Source: Burkholderiales bacterium
Lineage (GTDB): Bacteria; Pseudomonadota; Gammaproteobacteria; Burkholderiales; Burkholderiaceae_C
Length of the DNA: 56,214 bases
NCBI GenBank assembly: GCA_031389585.1
Contig: JANMSS010000027.1
Coordinates: forward strand, 1-56,214
Reading direction: 5' to 3'
Shown: positions 50,072-56,214 of the stretch, one piece after another
Layout: each line of letters opens with the position of its first letter
Position numbering within the stretch: the first letter of the stretch is position 1
Made by a program: the position numbers and the translations under genes
The notes under the pieces: generated by a model
The model's input: the letters and a program-made list of their open reading frames with translations, nothing else
Database searches by the model: none
What the model was told of the DNA's origin: nothing

Positions 50072-50506
50072 ATGTCGACTCCGCCCAACCGTGCGCGCCT
50101 GGACAAGTGGTTGTGGGCTGCACGCTTTTTCAAAACCCGATCGCTGGCGACCGAGGCGGTCGATCGTGGCCGCGTCAGCGTCAACGGCCAGCCAGCCAAG
50201 CCGGCACGCGAGTTGCACCCCGGCGACACGCTGATGCTGCGTCATGAGGATGGCCTGCAGCGAACATTGGTCGTGAAGGGCCTGTCGAACCTGCGGGGGC
50301 CTGCGCCCCAGGCGCAGGCACTCTACGAAGAGACTGCCGACAGTCTGGCGGCGCGCCAGCGAGCCGCTGACGCCAGGCGGTTGACGCCCGAGCCGGCGCA
50401 GAGCATTGAACAGGGCCGGCCGACCAAGCGCGACCGGCGCGAGCTGGAGCGCAATCAGGTGCAGTGGCAGCGCTGGAGCGCCTCGGTCGACGACGACAGC
50501 CGGTGA
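50072..50506 (+). CDS. hslR: Ribosome-associated heat shock protein Hsp15 (S4 RNA-binding domain)
   Basis: RLDKWLWAARFFKTRSLATEAVDRGRVSVNGQPAKPARELHPGD is the S4/Hsp15 signature. The ATG at 50072 is used and the ORF-track extension is rejected. Confidence 0.8.
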   Translation: MSTPPNRARLDKWLWAARFFKTRSLATEAVDRGRVSVNGQPAKPARELHPGDTLMLRHEDGLQRTLVVKGLSNLRGPAPQAQALYEETADSLAARQRAADARRLTPEPAQSIEQGRPTKRDRRELERNQVQWQRWSASVDDDSR

Positions 50507-50554
50507 CCCGGCTTGGCAGCCCGGACTGCAAGGCAGACCCGGTCCAATGCCCCT

Positions 50555-50582
50555 CTTGAAGCCGCAGGAATGATCCCCAACT
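50555..50582 (+). promoter_or_regulatory. Sigma-32 (RpoH)-type heat-shock promoter upstream of grpE
   Basis: CTTGAA-N14-CCCCAACT lies 35 nt upstream of the grpE ATG. Compare the E. coli sigma-32 consensus, CTTGAA-N13/14-CCCCATNT. Confidence 0.65.
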
Positions 50583-50616
50583 GTCTGGTCAACGTTTATT
50601 GCCCTGACGCGCGACC

Positions 50617-51153
50617 ATGTGCCCAACGGAGAGCGAACCCACCACCAGCGCATCGGCAGCGCCCCCCGAAGGGGCCACCGATGTGCAGCCTGAATCCAAT
50701 GCCGAGACTCAATTGACTGAGCTGCAGGCCCGGTTCAGCGAGATCAACGACGCCTTTCTGCGCGCCCGTGCCGAAGCCGAGAACACCCGGCGCCGAGCCG
50801 ACGAGGAGATATCCAAGGCACGCAAGTACGCGGTCGAGTCCTTTGCCGAGAGCCTGCTGCCGGTGATGGACAGCCTGCAGGCGGCCATCGCCCAGCCCGA
50901 TGCCGCGACGGCCCAGGTGCTCGAAGGCGTTCACGCCACGCTGCGCCAATTGGCGTCGGCGCTCGAACGCAACAAGGTGATCGAGATCGCGCCTCCGGCG
51001 GGCACCAAGTTCGACCCCGGTCAGCATCAGGCCATCAGCGTGGTCCCCGCCGAGCAAGAAGCGAACACCGTCGTGGCCGTGCTGCAGAAGGGCTACCTGA
51101 TCAGCGACCGCGTGCTGCGGCCCGCATTGGTGACGGTCGCCGCACCGAAGTAA
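50617..51153 (+). CDS. grpE: Nucleotide exchange factor GrpE
   Basis: [41 protein letters not shown] and the C-terminal beta domain ([10 protein letters not shown]...[16 protein letters not shown]) are present. Confidence 0.9.
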   Translation: MCPTESEPTTSASAAPPEGATDVQPESNAETQLTELQARFSEINDAFLRARAEAENTRRRADEEISKARKYAVESFAESLLPVMDSLQAAIAQPDAATAQVLEGVHATLRQLASALERNKVIEIAPPAGTKFDPGQHQAISVVPAEQEANTVVAVLQKGYLISDRVLRPALVTVAAPK

Positions 51154-51176
51154 TGACGCAGTGACGCGGATGCTGG

Positions 51177-51204
51177 CTTGAAAGCCGCGACGTTGTCCAC
51201 AACT
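51177..51204 (+). promoter_or_regulatory. Sigma-32-type promoter upstream of dnaK
   Basis: CTTGAAA-N13-CCACAACT lies 38 nt upstream of the dnaK ATG. The -10 element is a weaker match than the grpE one. Confidence 0.5.
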
Positions 51205-51241
51205 CAAAGACAACCGGATTTCTCTTTCAGGAGCACAGAAC

Positions 51242-53185
51242 ATGGGCAAGATCATCGGCATCGACCTGGGCACGACCAACTCGTGCGTGGCCATCATGGA
51301 GGGCAACAGCACCAAGGTGATCGAGAACAGCGAGGGTGCGCGCACCACGCCATCGATCATTGCCTACCAGGATGACGGCGAGATCCTGGTCGGCGCCTCG
51401 GCCAAGCGCCAGGCCGTCACCAACCCGAGGAACACGCTTTACGCCGTCAAGCGGCTGATCGGACGCAAGTTCACCGAAAAGGAAGTGCAGAAGGACATCG
51501 ACCTGATGCCCTACACCATCGCTGCCGCCGACAACGGCGACGCCTGGGTTGAGGTGCGGGGCAAGAAGCTGGCGCCACCGCAGGTCAGCGCCGAAGTGCT
51601 GCGCAAGATGAAGAAGACGGCTGAGGATTACCTCGGCGAAGAGGTGACCGAGGCCGTGATCACGGTGCCGGCCTACTTCAACGACAGCCAACGCCAGGCG
51701 ACCAAGGACGCCGGCCGGATCGCGGGATTGGATGTCAAGCGCATCATCAACGAGCCGACCGCCGCGGCGCTGGCCTTCGGCCTGGACAAGCATGGCAAGG
51801 GCGACCGCAAGATCGCGGTCTACGACCTCGGTGGCGGCACCTTCGACATCTCGATCATCGAGATCGCCGATGTCGACGGCGAGATGCAGTTCGAGGTGCT
51901 GTCGACCAATGGCGACACTTTTCTCGGCGGCGAAGACTTCGACCAGCGCATCATCGACTACATCGTCACCGAGTTCAAGAAGGACCAGGGCGTCGACCTG
52001 ACCAAGGACGTGCTGGCGCTGCAGCGTCTGAAGGAAGCCGCTGAGAAGGCCAAGATCGAACTCTCCAATAGCACGCAGACCGACGTCAACCTGCCCTACA
52101 TCACGGCTGATGCGTCGGGCCCGCGGCACCTGAACATCAAGCTCACGCGCGCCAAGCTCGAGTCGCTGGTCGACGAGCTGATCGAGCGCACCATCGAGCC
52201 CTGCCGCATCGCGGTCAAGGACGCCGAGGTGAAGCTCGGTGACATCGACGACATCATCCTCGTGGGCGGCATGACGCGCATGCCCAAGGTGCAGGAGAAG
52301 GTCAAGGCGTTCTTCGGCAAGGATCCGCGCAAGGACGTCAACCCGGACGAAGCCGTCGCCGTGGGCGCGGCGATCCAGGGCCAGGTGCTGGGCGGCGAAC
52401 GCAAGGACGTGCTGCTGCTCGACGTGACGCCGCTGTCGCTGGGCATCGAGACGTTGGGCGGCGTGATGACCAAGATGATCAAGAAGAACACGACGATTCC
52501 GACCAAGTTCGCGCAAGTGTTCAGCACTGCCGACGACAACCAACCGGCAGTGACGATCAAGGTCTACCAGGGCGAACGCGAGATAGCTGCGGGCAACAAG
52601 TCGCTCGGCGAGTTCAACCTCGAAGGCATTCCGCCGGCTGCACGCGGCCTGCCGCAGATCGAGGTCGCGTTCGACATCGACGCCAACGGCATCCTGCATG
52701 TGCACGCCAAGGACAAGGGCACCGGCAAGGAGAACAAGATCACCATCAAGGCCAATTCGGGCCTCTCGGAAGACGAGATCCAGGCGATGGTCAAGGACGC
52801 CGAACTGAACGCGGCCGAGGACCACAAGAAGCTCGAACTGGTGCAGGCACGCAACCACGCTGACGCCATGATGCACAGCGTGACCAAGAGCCTGGCCGAG
52901 CATGGCAAGGAACTCAATGACGAGGAGAAGGCCAAGATCGAGGCGGCCGTCAAGGAGGTCGAGGAAGCGTTGAAGGGCGACGACAAGGCGACGATAGAAA
53001 CCAAGACCGACGCCATGATGGTCGCCAGTCAGAAACTGTCGGAGAAGATGTACGCCGAGGTGCAGAAGGCTGCCGCAGCCCAGGGGGCAAGCGCGGGGGA
53101 GCCACCGCAGCCGGCTGCCGCCAAGGCCGATGCCGCGACCGACGACAACGTCGTCGACGCCGACTTCAAGGAAGTCAAGAAGTGA
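51242..53185 (+). CDS. dnaK: Molecular chaperone DnaK (Hsp70)
   Basis: [23 protein letters not shown] and [13 protein letters not shown], with full-length Hsp70 similarity. Confidence 0.97.
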   Translation: MGKIIGIDLGTTNSCVAIMEGNSTKVIENSEGARTTPSIIAYQDDGEILVGASAKRQAVTNPRNTLYAVKRLIGRKFTEKEVQKDIDLMPYTIAAADNGDAWVEVRGKKLAPPQVSAEVLRKMKKTAEDYLGEEVTEAVITVPAYFNDSQRQATKDAGRIAGLDVKRIINEPTAAALAFGLDKHGKGDRKIAVYDLGGGTFDISIIEIADVDGEMQFEVLSTNGDTFLGGEDFDQRIIDYIVTEFKKDQGVDLTKDVLALQRLKEAAEKAKIELSNSTQTDVNLPYITADASGPRHLNIKLTRAKLESLVDELIERTIEPCRIAVKDAEVKLGDIDDIILVGGMTRMPKVQEKVKAFFGKDPRKDVNPDEAVAVGAAIQGQVLGGERKDVLLLDVTPLSLGIETLGGVMTKMIKKNTTIPTKFAQVFSTADDNQPAVTIKVYQGEREIAAGNKSLGEFNLEGIPPAARGLPQIEVAFDIDANGILHVHAKDKGTGKENKITIKANSGLSEDEIQAMVKDAELNAAEDHKKLELVQARNHADAMMHSVTKSLAEHGKELNDEEKAKIEAAVKEVEEALKGDDKATIETKTDAMMVASQKLSEKMYAEVQKAAAAQGASAGEPPQPAAAKADAATDDNVVDADFKEVKK

Positions 53186-53330
53186 TGTGCCGAACAGCCC
53201 GGCGGCTCCACTGCGAGCCACCGGGAGGTAGCTCGCATGGGCTGCTGTGATCGTTCGCCGCGTTCGAGCCGACACGATGCCCGTGCCACTCGCCGCGGCG
53301 CTTCCGCTTGAAGAGTTCTAAGAACACCCC

Positions 53331-54482
53331 ATGGCAAAGCGCGACTACTACGACATTCTCGGTGTGCCGAAAAACGCCACCGAGGACGACATCAAGAAGG
53401 CCTACCGCAAGCTGGCCATGAAGCACCACCCTGACCGCAACCAGGGTGACGGCGCCAAGAAGTCCGAGGAGAAATTCAAGGAGGGCAAGGAGGCCTACGA
53501 GATGCTCTCCGACGCGCAAAAGCGCGCTGCCTATGACCAGTATGGCCATGCCGGTGTCGACCCGAACATGGGTGGCTTTCGCGGCGCCCCGGGACAAGAG
53601 GGATTTGGCGGCTTTGCCGAGGCCTTCGGCGACATCTTCGGCGACATCTTCGGCGGGCCTGCGGGCGCTGCCGGAGGCCGACGTGGCGGGCAGCAGGTTT
53701 TCCGTGGCGCCGACCTGTCCTATGCACTGGAGATCACTCTCGAAGAGGCGGCGAACGGCAAAGACACCCAGATCCGCATTCCAGGCTGGGAGAACTGCGA
53801 GACCTGCCACGGTACGGGCGCCAAGGTCGGCACCAGTGCCAAGGCCTGCCCACAGTGCAATGGCAACGGCACCGTGCACTTGCGCCAGGGCTTCTTCAGC
53901 ATCCAGCAGACCTGCCCGCAATGCCGCGGAGCGGGCAAGATCATTCCCGAGCCCTGCACGACCTGCCACGGCGCGGGCAAGTTGAAGAAGCAGAAGACGC
54001 TTGAAGTCAAAATTCCGGCCGGCATCAACGAGGGCATGCGCATTCGCTCGGCCGGCAACGGCGAGCCCGGCAGCAACGGCGGGCCCTCGGGTGACCTCTA
54101 TATTGAGATCCGCGTCGCCCAACACGGCATCTTTGAGCGCGACGGCGACGACCTGCACTGCACGGTGCCAGTGGGCCTGACCACGGTGGCGCTGGGCGGT
54201 GCGATCGAGGTGCCGACGCTGGCCGGCAGAGTCGAGATCGAATTGCCCGAGGGCACGCAACACGGCAAGACCTTCCGCCTGCGCGGCAAAGGCATCAAGG
54301 GCCTGCGCTCGAGCTACCCCGGCGACCTGTACTGTCACGTCTCGGTCGAGACACCGATCAAGCTCACCGAGCCGCAGAAGAAGCTGCTGCGCGAACTCGA
54401 CGAGTCACTGAAGAGTGGTGGTGAACGCCACTCGCCGGACGCCAAGAGCTGGACCGACCGGGTCAAGGACCTGTTCAAGTAG
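53331..54482 (+). CDS. dnaJ: Molecular chaperone DnaJ
   Basis: J domain (DYYDILGV...[15 protein letters not shown]), a G/F region and four CxxCxGxG zinc-finger repeats. Confidence 0.95.
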   Translation: MAKRDYYDILGVPKNATEDDIKKAYRKLAMKHHPDRNQGDGAKKSEEKFKEGKEAYEMLSDAQKRAAYDQYGHAGVDPNMGGFRGAPGQEGFGGFAEAFGDIFGDIFGGPAGAAGGRRGGQQVFRGADLSYALEITLEEAANGKDTQIRIPGWENCETCHGTGAKVGTSAKACPQCNGNGTVHLRQGFFSIQQTCPQCRGAGKIIPEPCTTCHGAGKLKKQKTLEVKIPAGINEGMRIRSAGNGEPGSNGGPSGDLYIEIRVAQHGIFERDGDDLHCTVPVGLTTVALGGAIEVPTLAGRVEIELPEGTQHGKTFRLRGKGIKGLRSSYPGDLYCHVSVETPIKLTEPQKKLLRELDESLKSGGERHSPDAKSWTDRVKDLFK

Positions 54483-54492
54483 CGGCGAATGC

Positions 54493-54511
54493 GGCCCGCG
54501 CAAGGCGGGCC
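54493..54511. terminator. GC-rich hairpin between the convergent dnaJ and radical-SAM genes
   Basis: GGCCCGC-GCAAG-GCGGGCC has a 7-bp stem. There is no flanking T run, so function as an intrinsic terminator is uncertain. Confidence 0.35.
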
Positions 54512-54521
54512 CGGCACCATG

Positions 54522-55451
54522 TCAGAACAGAGTCGATTGAGCCTCGGCCAGCGCGCCGCAGGCGGGCCGCTGAAATTGGGTCAGGTCCAGCGCAATGCGC
54601 TCACGAGCCAGACCGAGCCGCAGTGTCGATTTCTGAAAGCGCTGCGCCAGCAGTTGGGCCCACACGCCCTGCCCGCTCATGCGCTGGCCGAAGCGGCTGT
54701 CGTTGTCGCGTCCGCCACGCAGGTCGCGAACGCGCGCCATCACCCGCGCAGCGCGCTGCGGAAAGTGGGTTTGCAGCCACTGCTGGAACAGTGGGTTGCC
54801 TTCCCATGGCGGCCGCAACACGGTCGAGAAGGCCGTCGTCGCGCCGGCATCGCGGGACCGCTCGAGGATGCCTTCGAGTTCGGGTTCGTTGAGAAACGGG
54901 ATCACCGGCGAGACGCTCACGCCCACCGGAATGCCGGCCTTGGCGAGCCGCTCGATCGTCTGCAGGCGTCGTGCCGGTGCAGTGGCGCGGGGTTCCATCA
55001 CACGGGCAAGTTGTGCGTCGAGGGTGGGAATCGACACGTACACCGCCGCCAGCCTGTCGTGAGCCAGGGGGGTCAGCAGGTCGATGTCACGCTCGATGCC
55101 GGCTGACTTGGTGATGATCGAGAACGGATGCCGGAATTCGCCCAGGATCTCGATCACGGACCTGGTGATGCGCAGGCGCCGCTCTGCGGGCTGATAGGCG
55201 TCGGTGGCAGATCCGATGTTCAGCGGCAGCGGATCGTAGTTGGGAGCGCTGAGCGCCGCACGCAGGCGCTCGGCGGCATTGACCTTGGCGATGATCTTGG
55301 TTTCGAAGTCGAGCCCGGGCGACAGGTTGAGATAACTGTGCGTGGGCCGTGCGAAACAGTAGATGCAGCCATGCTCGCAGCCTCGATAGGGATTGATCGA
55401 GAGGTCGAACGGGATGTCAGGCGATTCGTTACCCGACAGCACTGCTGTCCG
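54522..55451 (-). pseudogene. PA0069-family radical SAM protein, 5'-truncated by IS insertion
   Basis: The CxxxCxxC cluster is present (GCEHGCIYCFAR), preceded by SPDIPFDLSINPYRG. Family homology, as I recall PA0069, normally extends about 50-60 aa further N-terminal. Here the reading frame runs straight into the IS end at about 55452 and hits a stop at 55470-55472. Confidence 0.65.
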
Positions 55452-56214
55452 GTTAAAAGTCGAGCAGATTCAATTGGTTAGCCGCGTCGAGCATGTTGAT
55501 CTGTAGAGCATCGGTCTGCAAGGCGCGTGAAATCTCGGTTTTCTCGAAGACCGAGATCGACAAGATCTGTAGACACGTGTAAAGCGCGGCATCGAGTTGA
55601 AGCTCCTTTTTGACGATGGCGATGAGCACGTAGGTGGCCACGGCGCACCAGACCTGCGTCTTTACGGCGTTCTCGCTGGTGCCCAGGAACTTCTTGATGC
55701 GCAGGTGCTGCTTGATCCACTTGAAGAACAGCTCGACCTGCCAACGGCTCTTGTACAGGGCGGCAATCGTCAGGGCCGGCAAGGCCGTGTTGTTGGTCAG
55801 AAAGATCAGCGTCTTGCCCGTCTCGGGGTCCTTGAATCGAATGCGCCGCAGATGCTCGGGATACTTCTTGGCCGAGTAGTGGCCGTCGAGCATCACCTGC
55901 TGGTCGCTGATGACGCCGGTGCTGCGATCGGTCGCAGCCGAGTAGACGCGGCGCGCGTCCATCGGCGACTTGGCACGTGTGACGAAGAAGGCACCGGCCT
56001 GATGCAACGCATACAACCGCGCGAAGTCCACGTAGCCGCGATCCATCACGTAGAACGCACCAGCCTCGAAGCTCAGCATGTCCAGCACGTTCACGTCGTG
56101 CAGCTTGCCGTCGCTGATGTGGATGAACGCCGGAATGGCGCCACGCAGGTCCAGCAGCGTATGCAGCTTGATGGCCGCCTTGGTGGAGCGAAATGGCGCC
56201 CAGTCGAACAGGCT
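55452..56214 (-). mobile_element. IS4-family insertion sequence, partial (continues beyond the window edge)
   Basis: It contains a DDE transposase ORF with the Y-2-R-3-E-6-K signature. One end abuts the truncated radical SAM gene. The other end and any target duplication lie outside the window. Confidence 0.7.
55453..56214 (-). CDS. IS4-family DDE transposase (N-terminus outside the window)
   Basis: YKSRWQVELFFKWIKQHLRIKKFLGTSENAVKTQVW carries the YREK motif of IS4-type transposases. The same frame stays open from 56094 to the window edge (SLFDWAPFRSTKAAIKLHTLLDLRGAIPAFIHISDGKLHD), so the ORF-track start is not the real start. Confidence 0.8.
   Translation of the reverse strand, partial: SLFDWAPFRSTKAAIKLHTLLDLRGAIPAFIHISDGKLHDVNVLDMLSFEAGAFYVMDRGYVDFARLYALHQAGAFFVTRAKSPMDARRVYSAATDRSTGVISDQQVMLDGHYSAKKYPEHLRRIRFKDPETGKTLIFLTNNTALPALTIAALYKSRWQVELFFKWIKQHLRIKKFLGTSENAVKTQVWCAVATYVLIAIVKKELQLDAALYTCLQILSISVFEKTEISRALQTDALQINMLDAANQLNLLDF

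Noticed and set aside
53307-53334. A near-perfect sigma-32 promoter match, CTTGAA-N14-CCCCATGG, just before dnaJ.
   Set aside because: The -10 element is formed by CCCC plus the dnaJ ATG itself. Transcripts would therefore start inside the dnaJ coding sequence and could not express the full protein. The match is probably fortuitous, and dnaJ is more likely co-transcribed with dnaK.

Overview
This is a high-GC chromosomal segment: hand-counted 60-nt lines are mostly about 65-70% GC. From the gene families present (Bug/TctC binding protein, BMP-type nucleoside ABC system, PhaR, Bv3F-like H-NS), I infer a Burkholderiales or Comamonadaceae-like betaproteobacterium. All calls rest on motifs I recognise in the supplied translations; no database search was possible.

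Nearly all of the window is tightly packed core metabolism and housekeeping genes:
- phaR.
- A long minus-strand nucleoside and nucleotide scavenging cluster, with add divergent from it: BMP binding protein, ABC ATPase, two permeases, cdd, purine nucleoside phosphorylase, lipoprotein 5'-nucleotidase, a beta-lactamase-fold hydrolase and deoA.
- A MarR remnant, a hemerythrin-like protein and tRNA-Val(GAC).
- relA, translationally coupled to an alpha/beta hydrolase that is divergent from bdhA.
- ompR and envZ.
- ispF and ispD, then mfd, serB, a lytic transglycosylase and hrpA.
- argA, yggX, an orphan FbpA-like binding protein, an H-NS-like protein and a TonB_C protein.
- dnaG and rpoD, a cyclase-FHA protein, hemH, tctCBA, and hslR-grpE-dnaK-dnaJ with sigma-32 type promoters.
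- At the right edge, a PA0069-type radical SAM gene truncated by a partial IS4-family element.

The most unusual locus is ispD...ispF. IspD carries a C-terminal glyoxalase/bleomycin-resistance (VOC) domain. A four-gene HlyD-adaptor / ABC ATPase / FtsX / FtsX export module is wedged between ispD and ispF, with overlapping stop and start codons.

Other points worth a second look:
- A class III cyclase-FHA fusion lies 6 nt after rpoD.
- A serine hydrolase is embedded in the nucleoside operon.
- Three stem-loops lie in a row between the BMP binding-protein gene and the ATPase gene.
- GATAATC-core palindromes recur in three promoter regions.
- There is a GC trough around the fbpA-like and hns-like genes.

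I found no CRISPR array, prophage or recognisable defence system.
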